In this document: piece by piece, positions 42,655 to 52,052 of the stretch
Layout of the letters: each line of letters starts with the position of its first letter
How positions within the stretch are numbered: the first letter of the stretch is position 1
From: Methanobacteriota archaeon
GTDB lineage: Archaea; Halobacteriota; Methanosarcinia; Methanosarcinales; Methanosarcinaceae
Assembly: GCA_023399215.1 (NCBI GenBank)
Contig: JAEWQJ010000043.1
Coordinates: 3,405 to 67,404, forward strand
DNA length: 64,000 nt
Reading direction: 5' to 3'
Notes under the pieces: model-generated
The model's database searches: none
Told to the model about the DNA's origin: nothing
Seen by the model: the letters and a program-made list of their open reading frames with translations, nothing else
Translations under genes and position numbers: made by a program

Positions 42655-43677
42655 ATGAAAAACACAAAAGTATCTTCAGTTGGAGAGCGCGCTCTAATCT
42701 CCATTTTATCTAAGATTTTCAAAGCACCTGATGGCAGGGAGAAAGGACAGGAAGGAATCCTTATAGGCGCAGGTTCGGATGACTGCGCCGTCCTTGACCT
42801 GAAAGGCGAAGACTGCCTGGTTGTTACTACCGATATGCTGCATAGGACTACTGATTTTCCGGAAGAGATGACACCCTGGCAAATGGGATGGATGTCAGCA
42901 GCCGTAAACCTCAGTGACATTGCAGCCATGGGTGCAGAGCCCACAGGGCTCGTTATGGCAATTGGGATGCCTGCAGATACCGAAATTGCTTTTGTTGAAG
43001 CCCTTGCAAAAGGTATGCAGGCATGTGTCGAATTCTGCGGAACTACGATTATAGGAGGCGATCTTGATACCCACGAAGAACTGACAATTACAGGGACGGC
43101 ACTTGGCAGAGTGAAAAAAAGCCAGCTCCTTCTTCGGCGTGGAGCAAGACCAGGTGACCTCGTCTGTGTCACGGGTTATACAGGGTCAGCAGGAGCAGCT
43201 CTGGAAGCCCTTCAGTCTAGAAAGCCAGTGAGCGAAACCGTCCTGAATGCACTTTTTGAACCTGTCCCGCGCACGAAAGAAGCAAGGAAACTTGCCGAGT
43301 CAGGAGCAGTTACATCCATGATGGATACGAGTGACGGCCTTGCAATGTCCCTTTACGACCTTTCCAGGCAGAGTCGTGTAGGCTTCAAGATCCGGGAAAA
43401 TGCCCTTCCTATCCTCAGGGAGGTTCGTGAATTTGCTTCAAACCCGGAGAAGCTGAGGGAATTTGCCCTTTACACGGGTGGAGACTTCGAACTTCTTATT
43501 ACAATTGATCCACAAAAGATCAAAAAAGTACAAAATATATGTAACTTAATCGTTATAGGAGAATGTACAAAGTATGAAGCAGGTATTGTACTCGAATCCC
43601 CAGAATGCAAGTTTATAACTATAGAGCAGAGAGGATACCAGCAGCTAAAAGCAAAAGCTGTTGATAGATCCACCTGA
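42655..43677 (+). CDS. thiL: Thiamine-monophosphate kinase (AIR-synthase-related/PurM-like fold)
   Basis: GERALISIL...GAGSDDCAVL...VVTTDMLHRTTDFP...WQMGWMSAAVNLSDIAAMGAEP matches the ThiL N-terminal pattern. The C-terminus has the PurM-like MMDTSDGL motif. Confidence 0.75.
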   Translation: MKNTKVSSVGERALISILSKIFKAPDGREKGQEGILIGAGSDDCAVLDLKGEDCLVVTTDMLHRTTDFPEEMTPWQMGWMSAAVNLSDIAAMGAEPTGLVMAIGMPADTEIAFVEALAKGMQACVEFCGTTIIGGDLDTHEELTITGTALGRVKKSQLLLRRGARPGDLVCVTGYTGSAGAALEALQSRKPVSETVLNALFEPVPRTKEARKLAESGAVTSMMDTSDGLAMSLYDLSRQSRVGFKIRENALPILREVREFASNPEKLREFALYTGGDFELLITIDPQKIKKVQNICNLIVIGECTKYEAGIVLESPECKFITIEQRGYQQLKAKAVDRST

Positions 43678-43841
43678 TTAAAAATAATTACCCCCGTGAA
43701 ACAAAAGCCTGGATTAGAGAGACGAAAATTTAGGAACTCTTGATTGATAAGTCCAAAAAAACCTTACAAAAATCGAACAGATCTTAGGAGAAACGTACTA
43801 AATTCATAATAATTTATGCACAAGGTTCAGAAGGATAGAAC

Positions 43842-46800
43842 ATGAAAAAAGCTAGTTTACAGATATTTACAGCAATTCTGGTGCTAGGTCTATTTTGCGG
43901 AGCTGCAACTGCGGCCCCGAGTATAATAGCAGCATCGCCTGGAGACAATGCAACTGTCAATAAGACAGTCGGCGAGATTCAAGATTTTAGCATTCAAACA
44001 AACGAGTCAGCAACTATTAACTGGCAGGTTGATGGAAGCAATGTTTCCCAAACATCGTCTGATGATGCAACGAATACCTCTACCCTCAATCACACGGTTA
44101 AGCAAGGTACATACGATGTCAAAGCGACTGTTCAGTCGACTGGAGAGAGTAGAACCTGGAGTGTAACCGGAGGATCGAATGTACCGGAAATCATATCGTC
44201 TTCCCCTTCATACTCAACCGTTAACAATAATGTAGGAGAATCAAGAAAATTTAATGCAACTATTAGCCAGACTTCAAATATAACATGGTATCTTGATGAT
44301 GCCAATGTTCAGGAAAACGAGTCTGTCACTGAGTCATCATATATCAATAATTCTGCAACACAGGGCACGCATACAATTAAAATGCACGCAGAAAACGAAA
44401 ACGGCAGTGCAGAAAAATCCTGGACATGGAAAATACCAACGGCCGGAGGATTATCTGTTAATGCTGACCCCTCCGAAGGAAATGTTTCAGTCGATAAAGG
44501 AGTATCTAAAACTTTCAAGGTCAATTCCAGCACGGAAGACCAGGATATTAACGTTGAATGGCTTGTTGGTGATGAATCACAGAAAAAGGATACAAGTGTA
44601 ACCTCTTCTTCATACGACTTTGAAAAAGACAGTGCAGGAAATTATACCCTCAAGGCAGTGGTAAGTGATCCTAATGGTACTTATGATTCAGCGACAAAAA
44701 CATGGACTGTAAGCGTCGGGTCTACTACAGATAATTCAACTGGGAACAGGATCTGGGAACAGGGAATGCCAGAAACTTACACATGGACTGCCCAGAGTTA
44801 CTCAGGTTTCTACTATGACCTTGATTCCGGAGTATCCTCAGAAGAGATGACCATTACAGGTATAGGTAGAAGCATAAAATCAGGAAACATTGAGTACTCC
44901 ACAAGTCCTACTGAGACTGATTTTGAACACAGTAAATGGGGTTCATACCAGATAATCGGGTTCATGGCAGAGAAATACTTCGCAGGCTACACTGAAAATA
45001 ATTCCACAGTTGTAGGAGATGACATTAGCCCTATTTCTAATGGTGTTCTTTCCAAGATTCTCATGGACACTGACGATAAAAAATCAGCAAATGCCGGAGA
45101 TTCTCTTGTTCTTGAAGAAGGATATTCCCTGAATATCGTGGAAGTGGATATCAATGGAAAATCCGTCCGGGTTCAGCTTGAAAAAGATGGTGATGTCGTA
45201 GACGAAGCATTCCTCGAATCGGGCGATGACTATGTCTATAAGACTGATCTTGGAAACTCAGAAGATGTGCCCATAATCATTGCCCATATCGGCTCGGTTT
45301 TCCAAGGAGCTGAGTCCTCTGCTGTCTTCATACAGGGTCTCTTCCAAATTTCGGACCAGTACACCGAAATCGATAATGGAGATACCTTTGGGGAAATGAA
45401 AGTAACTTCCGTTAGCAGCAGTGAAATAAAGATGGAGAATGATGATAGCGTCGGACTTGATAAGGGAGATACAGTAGACCTTATGGGTAAAATACAGATT
45501 CAGGTAGCTGATGATAACACGCTGCGTTTTGCCCCGACCCTTGACACCTCAGAAACCGGTACATACGAGCTGCGCGGGACTGTCTATGACAAGAAAATCA
45601 ATGGTGATTCACTCCCTAGCTGGACGCCCTTTAACTTTGAAGGTTTCTATTACAACATAGATGAAGGAATTGGGACTGAAAATCTTACAGTAGGAGAGCT
45701 TGACGGCAGGACTATACCTTCAGATGAACTTGTCTACGAATCAACACCTCAGGCGGTTAATTTTGATCACAAAAAATGGGGCAACTTCACAGTTATTGGT
45801 TTCATGGCAGACAAGTACTTTGCCGGGTATACTGATGGCTCAGTAAATGGATCTGTTGATGATGTGAGTCTTCTTTCGGATAATATTCTCTGTAAAGTCC
45901 TTACAGACAACGACGACAAAAAGTCTATGGATTCAGGTTCTGCCCTTACCCTTGAAGATGGTTATTCTTTGAATATCGTGGAAGTAGATATCAATGGAGA
46001 ATCTGTCCGGGTCGAGCTTGAAAAAGATGGCAATGTAGTAGATGAGGCATTCCTCAAATCTGGCGATGACTATGTCTATAAAACTGATCTTGGAGATGCA
46101 GAAGATGTGCCCATAATCATTGCTCATATCGGCTCGGTTTTCCAAGGATCTGAGTCCTCTGCTGTCTTCATACAGGGTCTCTTCCAGCTCTCGGACCAGT
46201 ACACCGAAATCAATAATGGAGATCCTTTTGGCGAGATGGAGGTCACCAGTGTCTCTGAAAGTGGCATTACAATGAAAAACAGTGATTCAATCGGGCTTGA
46301 CAAGGATGATACCACCGAGATCATGGGTAATGTCAGTTTCAAGACTGCTAATGACAATACTCTCAGGTTCTACCCGTTTGTGGAAGTTGAAACCGGCGGC
46401 AACGGAAACGACAACAATTCACTGAAAATAAGTGTGCCTGATAAGATCTATGCTGGAAACCCGTTTAATATCGAAGTGACTGCAGGTGGAAAAGCAATCG
46501 AAGGAACTAATGTTTCGGTTAATGAAAGTAATGTAGGCGAAACCGATGATGATGGAGTTGTTGAGTACACAGCCAAAGATGTCGGAACTTTGAAGATAAC
46601 TGCAAAAAAGGATGACTACGAAACTGCAACTAAAAACATTAACGTCAGTGCTCCGAAAGAGGAAATGACAGTCAACGTTTCACCTGAGACAGTTTATGTC
46701 GGTGACACCCTGAACATTGAGGCTGTAAAGGCAATTGGCGGTGATCCAATTGAGGATGCAAACGTATCGATTGACGGAAACATCATTGGTAAAACAGATT

Positions 46801-47330
46801 CCAGCGGAAAAGCTACCTACAAGACAGATAAAAGCGGCACTCTTGAACTGGGCTTAACAAAAGAAGGGTTTGAAGACCAGGAAATAAATGTAAAAGTAAA
46901 AGATTTGGAAGCTATCTTCAAATACTCAAACCTGGTAATCGATCCTTTAGAGATAAGTGCAGGAAAGAATACGACAATCTCGGTTAACGTTGGAAATACA
47001 GGCAATGCTGCAGGAAATGAAAGTGTAGAGTTGCTTATTAACGGAAACATAAGTGACTCAAAAGACGTTTCCCTGGGCATTGGGAACAATACCACTGTAA
47101 CCTTTGAGCATGCAGAAGAGGAGCCAGGAACCTACAAGGTAGAAATTGGAGGAGAAACCACAACCTACACTGTAAAGGAAAAGTCTTCCTTAATGCTCTA
47201 TATTCTTGGATTCATTGTTCTGTTAATAATCGGTGGAGCTGCTTATTACTTTACCAAGGGTGGCGGAGATATGGCAAAACTATCCGAACAGGCGAAGGAG
47301 TTTATTAACTCGGTGAAACCAAAGAAATAA
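43842..47330 (+). CDS. Large surface (S-layer-family) protein: signal peptide, 3 Ig/PKD-like modules, 2 DUF1608-type S-layer domains, Ig-like/CARDB-like modules, C-terminal TM anchor
   Basis: 1162 aa. The signal peptide is LVLGLFCGAATA. There are many N-x-S/T sequons. A ~270-aa module is duplicated internally, with long near-identical blocks (GYSLNIVEVDING.SVRV.LEKDG.VVDEAFL.SGDDYVYKTDLG..EDVPIIIAHIGSVFQG.ESSAVFIQGLFQ). This resembles the tandem DUF1608 architecture known for Methanosarcina S-layer proteins. The C-terminal TM helix is followed by a Lys-rich tail. Confidence 0.75.
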   Translation: MKKASLQIFTAILVLGLFCGAATAAPSIIAASPGDNATVNKTVGEIQDFSIQTNESATINWQVDGSNVSQTSSDDATNTSTLNHTVKQGTYDVKATVQSTGESRTWSVTGGSNVPEIISSSPSYSTVNNNVGESRKFNATISQTSNITWYLDDANVQENESVTESSYINNSATQGTHTIKMHAENENGSAEKSWTWKIPTAGGLSVNADPSEGNVSVDKGVSKTFKVNSSTEDQDINVEWLVGDESQKKDTSVTSSSYDFEKDSAGNYTLKAVVSDPNGTYDSATKTWTVSVGSTTDNSTGNRIWEQGMPETYTWTAQSYSGFYYDLDSGVSSEEMTITGIGRSIKSGNIEYSTSPTETDFEHSKWGSYQIIGFMAEKYFAGYTENNSTVVGDDISPISNGVLSKILMDTDDKKSANAGDSLVLEEGYSLNIVEVDINGKSVRVQLEKDGDVVDEAFLESGDDYVYKTDLGNSEDVPIIIAHIGSVFQGAESSAVFIQGLFQISDQYTEIDNGDTFGEMKVTSVSSSEIKMENDDSVGLDKGDTVDLMGKIQIQVADDNTLRFAPTLDTSETGTYELRGTVYDKKINGDSLPSWTPFNFEGFYYNIDEGIGTENLTVGELDGRTIPSDELVYESTPQAVNFDHKKWGNFTVIGFMADKYFAGYTDGSVNGSVDDVSLLSDNILCKVLTDNDDKKSMDSGSALTLEDGYSLNIVEVDINGESVRVELEKDGNVVDEAFLKSGDDYVYKTDLGDAEDVPIIIAHIGSVFQGSESSAVFIQGLFQLSDQYTEINNGDPFGEMEVTSVSESGITMKNSDSIGLDKDDTTEIMGNVSFKTANDNTLRFYPFVEVETGGNGNDNNSLKISVPDKIYAGNPFNIEVTAGGKAIEGTNVSVNESNVGETDDDGVVEYTAKDVGTLKITAKKDDYETATKNINVSAPKEEMTVNVSPETVYVGDTLNIEAVKAIGGDPIEDANVSIDGNIIGKTDSSGKATYKTDKSGTLELGLTKEGFEDQEINVKVKDLEAIFKYSNLVIDPLEISAGKNTTISVNVGNTGNAAGNESVELLINGNISDSKDVSLGIGNNTTVTFEHAEEEPGTYKVEIGGETTTYTVKEKSSLMLYILGFIVLLIIGGAAYYFTKGGGDMAKLSEQAKEFINSVKPKK

Positions 47331-47382
47331 AGCGACAGGAAAACAAAAAATTCAAAGACAAAAGAGAATGTAACTTAAAATT

Positions 47383-47419
47383 CCCGCGTTAATCCAAAAC
47401 GCGGGCTTTTCCTATTTTT
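47383..47419 (+). terminator. Hairpin plus oligo-T terminator after the S-layer-family gene
   Basis: CCCGCGTT-AATCCAA-AACGCGGG forms a perfect 8-bp stem. It is followed by CTTTTCCTATTTTT. Confidence 0.65.
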
Positions 47420-47562
47420 AGAACAGTTCAAACCTGATTTACGTTCAGCAGTCTTTCAAGGTTTTGCTGACAGATATTCAGTATTTTATTTCAGGAAACT
47501 TTTTGTTCCACACAACGCAGCATTTATTTCTAGCGCTCTAACTTCTAGCACTCTATTCAGTT

Positions 47563-48084
47563 TTACTCCATCTTCTTGAGCGCAAGTTCGATAGCAACTA
47601 TAAGGCTGTTCTTTGGGATCATGGTTGTTACTGGAATATTGAGGATCTTTTCCACTGTAGGGCTCACTATAGGAGCGCAAACAAGGGCTTTTGCTCCATC
47701 CCTTTCGGCGCTAACGGCTGCTATTATGGCTTCTTCCATTGAGGTTGCCGAATATTCCCTGATTGTGACCAGCCTACCAGCTATCTTTTTCTTTGTTTCT
47801 ACGATGTTGTCAAGCACCGTGCGAGATGCAATCACAGCGATAAAATCTCCACTATCTGTTTCTTTAATATCGCGAATAGTTTTCACTATCTGGCGAAGAG
47901 TTTTAATGTTGGGGTCCCGGTTCCCTGACAGAATCTTATAAAGAGTACTCGGGGGAATGCTTGCCTTTTTCGCGAAATCCACAGCAGTGAGGTTAAGATC
48001 CTCTTTTATTACAGTGGAAAGCGTTTTTTGAAAAACATCATCGGATTCAAATGCGGATTTGATAACTTTGTCTGCAACATTCAT
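47563..48084 (-). CDS. HTH (XRE-like) transcriptional regulator with uncharacterised C-terminal alpha/beta domain
   Basis: The HTH is LTAVDFAKKASIPPSTLYKILSGNRDPNIKTLRQIV, followed by a ~100-aa domain. The ATG at 48084 is preferred over the track's TTG at 48093. The gene is divergent from the ABC transporter operon. Confidence 0.6.
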   Translation of the reverse strand: MNVADKVIKSAFESDDVFQKTLSTVIKEDLNLTAVDFAKKASIPPSTLYKILSGNRDPNIKTLRQIVKTIRDIKETDSGDFIAVIASRTVLDNIVETKKKIAGRLVTIREYSATSMEEAIIAAVSAERDGAKALVCAPIVSPTVEKILNIPVTTMIPKNSLIVAIELALKKME

Positions 48085-48432
48085 AAAATTCAACCTTTTG
48101 AGTCCCGTAAAGAGTTTTAAACAACGGGAAATAATCTACAGTTTATAGGAAATTTAGTCCTTAATGAGAAATATATCCAGATATATTAATACATTTGGGA
48201 TATAATCAAGGCTACTTTGAGAGAGTATATATATGAAGTATAAAAAAATACGAATATATCGTTAGTTATTAGGTATTTACTTTTTATTTTTACCGGGATT
48301 CTGATCTAGAAAAATATAAATTTTCTTGTAAAAGAGTTTATGGAAAGCTGACAAAAAAGTAGAAGTCTGTTGATTTTTCAATAGGAAAGCTTGATTTCAA
48401 AAAACTGTATTTAGTAATGAAAGTTATCATTT

Positions 48433-48647
48433 TATATGGATCATTATCAGTATATGGACTATTATCAGTACATGAATAATTGTCAGTAACATGTATAATT
48501 ATCAGTACATGAATAATTGTCAGTAACATATATAATTATCAGTATATGGACTATTGCCAGTACATGAATAATTGTCAGTATATGGACTATTATCAGTACA
48601 TGAATAATTATCAGTAACATGCTAATTATCAGTAGAATAATTACCAG
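48433..48647. repeat. 12 x 15-19-bp tandem repeat (TA-N-AT-N-A(C/T)TATTATCAG / TACATGAATAATTGTCAG)
   Basis: Twelve contiguous units each end in (A/G)T(T/C)A(T/C)CAG. Three unit subtypes alternate (TATATGGACTATTATCAG, TACATGAATAATTGTCAG, TAACATGTATAATTATCAG). The array ends 26 bp before the SBP start codon. Track ORF 48338..48529 is a translation of this array. Confidence 0.85.
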
Positions 48648-48672
48648 TTGTAAGGATTATTGAGGTGGAACT

Positions 48673-49701
48673 TTGAAAAAACTAGGCATACTTATACTTA
48701 CTTTCTTGCTGGTCGCATCTATCTTCGTATCTGGCTGTGCATCCAATAAAGGAAATGTATCCGAGAATGAAACCGGACCTGAAGAGACCACTGCAATTAC
48801 TGAGCTGAACATTGGCTATCAGCCAAGCACCCATCAGATCGCATATATGACTGCGGCTGAAAAAGGGTGGTGGAAAGCAGACCTTGCACCATATGGGATT
48901 ACAAAAGTCAATGAATATCAGTTTCCGACAGGAGCTCCTGAAATGCAGGCAATGCTGTCTGGAGACCTGGATGTTGCCTATGTTGGGGCAGCCCCTGTAA
49001 TTACAGCTCTCAGCCAGGGCCTTGACGCAAAGATTGTTGCGCCTGTCCAGATAAACGGTTCAAGTCTTGTTCTTCGTAACGAACACAAATACGAAAGCCC
49101 TCAAGACTTAAAGGGTCTTACGATCGCTACTTACCCGCCAGGAACAATTCAGGACACCCTGCTCAGAAATTGGCTCCAGAAAAACGGGCTTGACCCTGAA
49201 AAAGATGTGAAAATCCTTGGAATGACTCCAGGAGATGCTATCACCGCTATTTCAGCTAAACAGGTTGATGCTGTGTTCCTGCCTCATCCCTCCCCTACAG
49301 TTATAGAAAAGGAAGGTAACGGGCGTATCATAGTGCAGTCTGGAGAGATGGAAGCAAACCATTCCTGCTGTGTACTTGTCGTAAGTGGAAAACTTATCAG
49401 AGAACACCCGGAGATTGTGGAACAGATTGTAAAGACTCATATTAAGGCAACTGAGTATAACAAGGCACATATGGACGAAGCTGCTCAGATTTTTTCAAAT
49501 AAGACTACAGAGGATCTTGACACTGTAAAGGAATCTCTTAAGGAATGGGATGGTGCATGGATCACAGATCCAGCCTTGATTGAAGACTCAGCTGTCAATT
49601 ACTCAAAGGTTCAGTACGAACTTGGGTATATTACAAAATCCCTGACCAAAGAAGAAATATTTGATACAAGTTTCTATGAGAAAGCCACGAGTGAGAAATA
49701 A
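48673..49701 (+). CDS. ABC transporter substrate-binding lipoprotein, NMT1/THI5-like (NitT/TauT family)
   Basis: The TTG start has the SD GAGGTGG 4 nt upstream. The lipobox is FVSGC. The body of the protein resembles nitrate/sulfonate/bicarbonate-type SBPs (IGYQPS..H, VDAVFLPHP). Confidence 0.75.
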   Translation: MKKLGILILTFLLVASIFVSGCASNKGNVSENETGPEETTAITELNIGYQPSTHQIAYMTAAEKGWWKADLAPYGITKVNEYQFPTGAPEMQAMLSGDLDVAYVGAAPVITALSQGLDAKIVAPVQINGSSLVLRNEHKYESPQDLKGLTIATYPPGTIQDTLLRNWLQKNGLDPEKDVKILGMTPGDAITAISAKQVDAVFLPHPSPTVIEKEGNGRIIVQSGEMEANHSCCVLVVSGKLIREHPEIVEQIVKTHIKATEYNKAHMDEAAQIFSNKTTEDLDTVKESLKEWDGAWITDPALIEDSAVNYSKVQYELGYITKSLTKEEIFDTSFYEKATSEK

Positions 49702-49738
49702 AAATAAGAGTAACTGAAGAAAAAGAGAAATCTAAATA

Positions 49739-49789
49739 AAGGGTTCAACTGCTTCGGCTTTATAAAAAGCAATTGAACCCTTATTTTTT
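49739..49789 (+). terminator. Intra-operon hairpin plus T7 run between the SBP and permease genes
   Basis: AAGGGTTCAACTGC-(16 nt)-GCAATTGAACCCTT has 14-nt arms with 1 mismatch. It is followed by ATTTTTT. Confidence 0.5.
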
Positions 49790-49844
49790 CTGAAAAATGA
49801 AATCTGCCGGAAAGATAAAAAGGTAAGAATTCTTTTAATTAGAC

Positions 49845-50630
49845 ATGAACGTTAACTTCATAAAAACAGTTAAAGAAAAAGGCATTGAAGCATTATCGCT
49901 CATAGTTGCAATTGCAATATGGCAGCTTGCAGCAGACTTGATTGTACAGAATAAATTTAAGCTGCCTAGTTTTTATGATGTGATAATCTCTTTTTCTGCA
50001 ATAATAAAGAGCGGGCTAATTTTTACAGATACATTGACGAGCCTAATTAACTTTTCAATTGGTATTGCTGGCGCTTTTGTAATTGGAATTCCCCTGGGAA
50101 TAGCCATGGGATGGTTTAAAGATATAAACAGAGCAGTCGACCCTATAATAGAGATACTGCGTCCTATACCCCCCATTGCCTGGATTCCCTTTGCCATTAT
50201 ATGGTTTGGACTTACCCACCAGGCTGCAGGTTTTGTTGTGTTTGCTGGAATGGTCTTTCCAATTATCATCAATACATATACGGGCTTTAAGAACGTACCA
50301 AAGGTTTATGTTGAAGCCGCAAGAGTTCTTGGTTGTACCCGAAACCTGGATCTTATACGTTATATTGCAATTCCCTCAGCTATGCCCTCAATTGTTGCAG
50401 GAGTAAGAATTGCTATGGGTGTAGGCTGGATGTGCCTTGTAGCTGCAGAAATGTTTGGGAGCGACAGCGGACTCGGATATGAGATATGGCACAATTACTA
50501 TATGCACAGGATGGATTTCGTACTTGTTTATATGTTGCTGCTCGGATTTGTTGGCCTTTTAATTGACCGTTTCTTCAGGCATTATGTAAATGCAAAATTA
50601 CTGAGATGGACATCAGGAACTGTGGTATAA
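49845..50630 (+). CDS. ABC transporter permease (NitT/TauT family)
   Basis: 261 aa with about 6 TM segments. An EAA-like loop is present (EAARVLGCTRNLDLIRYIAIPSAMPSIVAGVRIA). Confidence 0.8.
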   Translation: MNVNFIKTVKEKGIEALSLIVAIAIWQLAADLIVQNKFKLPSFYDVIISFSAIIKSGLIFTDTLTSLINFSIGIAGAFVIGIPLGIAMGWFKDINRAVDPIIEILRPIPPIAWIPFAIIWFGLTHQAAGFVVFAGMVFPIIINTYTGFKNVPKVYVEAARVLGCTRNLDLIRYIAIPSAMPSIVAGVRIAMGVGWMCLVAAEMFGSDSGLGYEIWHNYYMHRMDFVLVYMLLLGFVGLLIDRFFRHYVNAKLLRWTSGTVV

Positions 50631-50631
50631 A

Positions 50632-51396
50632 ATGGGCAGAGTAAGTGTAAAAAATGTTTCACGTATCTTTACTAAAAAAGAAGATAATCTAAGTACAGAA
50701 GCTTTGCACGATGTGAGCTTTGATGTTGAAGACGGAGAGTTTATCTGCCTTCTGGGACCGTCCGGCTGTGGGAAGACCACTCTGCTACGCATCACTGCTG
50801 GACTCGAAACCCAGACTTCAGGAGAAATTACACTAAACGGAGTTCCTATAACTGGCCCGGACCCCAAAAGAGGTATGGTCTTTCAGCAATATTCTCTATT
50901 TCCCTGGCGAACAGTCATCGATAACATTACGTTTGGACTGGAAATGCAGGGAATTAGTAAGGCTGAAGCCAGGAAGCAGGTGGAGAAGTATATAGACCTT
51001 GTGGGTCTGGAGCAGTTCAAAAATAGCTATCCATATGAACTCTCAGGAGGTATGCAGCAGCGTGCAGCCATTGCAAGAGCCCTAGCCAATGAGCCCGAAG
51101 TCCTTCTTATGGATGAGCCTTTTGGGGCCCTGGATGCCCAGACTAGAAATATCCTTCAGGACGAACTCCTGAAGATATGGGAACAAAAACACGTGACCTT
51201 CCTTTTCGTAACTCATAGTGTGGATGAGGCGGTTGTTCTCGCGGACAGGATAGTGGTCATGACCGCAAGACCAGGAAGGATAAGAGAGATTGTAAAAGTT
51301 GACCTGCCCCGCCCACGCTCCAGGACAAGTAAAGAGGTTAACCTTTTAAGAGACCGCATCCTGAAACTTCTGGAAGAAGAAAGATTTCACAGGTAA
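50632..51396 (+). CDS. ABC transporter ATP-binding protein (NitT/TauT family)
   Basis: Walker A is GPSGCGKTT. The ABC signature is LSGGMQQR. Walker B is LLMDEPFGALD. The H-loop is VTHS. The start lies 2 nt after the permease stop. Confidence 0.9.
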   Translation: MGRVSVKNVSRIFTKKEDNLSTEALHDVSFDVEDGEFICLLGPSGCGKTTLLRITAGLETQTSGEITLNGVPITGPDPKRGMVFQQYSLFPWRTVIDNITFGLEMQGISKAEARKQVEKYIDLVGLEQFKNSYPYELSGGMQQRAAIARALANEPEVLLMDEPFGALDAQTRNILQDELLKIWEQKHVTFLFVTHSVDEAVVLADRIVVMTARPGRIREIVKVDLPRPRSRTSKEVNLLRDRILKLLEEERFHR

Positions 51397-51445
51397 AGTA
51401 CTATGGCTTTGATAAAAAAGAGATAAAGCCACAGTGCGAAAGGGT

Positions 51446-51598
51446 AAAGAATAAAAAAGGGAAAGAAAGCGTGTAAAGAAAATAAAAAAGGGAAATAGGG
51501 CTATAAAGAGTATAAAAAAGGGAAAAAAGGGTGCAAAGAGAATAAAAAAGAGAGAAAGAAGTTCAAAGAGAATAAAATGAAGAGAAAAAAAGAAAAAG
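51446..51598. repeat. ~5 x ~31-bp purine-rich tandem repeat (AAAGA-N-ATAAAAAAGGGAAA...)
   Basis: AATAAAAAAGGGAAA-type cores recur about every 31 bp in the gap between the ABC ATPase gene and the convergent bactofilin-like gene. Confidence 0.7.
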
Positions 51599-51623
51599 TT
51601 AAATGTTCATTGAAAACTCACGA

Positions 51624-52052
51624 TTATTCTTCAGCCCGGATAATCACTTTCGTTAATGGCTCTACTTTCCTGACAAGAACTTTTCCGATAAGTTCAAGCG
51701 TACCATCTGCTTTTACGGAGTCGATAACGCACCCAGGCCTGACGCGGATATCTCCCTGGCAGGCTACAGCATTTATTTTAGCTTTATCGAGAAGGACAAG
51801 CTCAGAAACCGTTTCGATATTGCCCTGAATTTTTGCCTTTGAACAGACAAGCGCACTTCTGGCTTTTACATTGCCTCTAACAACCGAACCTTTTCCGAGT
51901 TCAAGCCTGCCAGTTACTGTGAGGCTCTTCCAGAACTTCACTTCCTGCCCGACAATTACATTGCCATCCAGAGTAAGATCCTCATAAAGAAAAGCTCGTT
52001 TTTCAATGACGTAAGTATTGGACCTGGGGTGGTACTTGATAAAACGAATCAT
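51624..52052 (-). CDS. Bactofilin-like (DUF583) polymer-forming cytoskeletal protein
   Basis: 142 aa. The repetitive beta-helix-type pattern G.V.V....(L/V).(V/I).G.(L/V) runs through LDGNVIVGQEVKFWKSLTVTGRLELGKGSVVRGNVKARSALVCSKAKIQGNIETVSELVLLDKAKINAVACQGDIRVRPGCVIDSVKADGTLELIG. This is a family call by pattern only. Confidence 0.5.
   Translation of the reverse strand: MIRFIKYHPRSNTYVIEKRAFLYEDLTLDGNVIVGQEVKFWKSLTVTGRLELGKGSVVRGNVKARSALVCSKAKIQGNIETVSELVLLDKAKINAVACQGDIRVRPGCVIDSVKADGTLELIGKVLVRKVEPLTKVIIRAEE

Noticed and set aside
48338-48529. ORF of 63 aa rich in repeated DNYS/IIHV segments
   Set aside because: It is a translation of the 12-unit tandem array in the regulator/ABC divergent spacer.
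48433-48647. Possibility that the tandem arrays (this one, 54411..54576, 60682..60835 and others) are CRISPR arrays
   Set aside because: The units are contiguous, with no ~30-40-bp unique spacers. The unit lengths (12-36 bp) and their degeneracy do not fit CRISPR repeats. No cas genes or leader are present.
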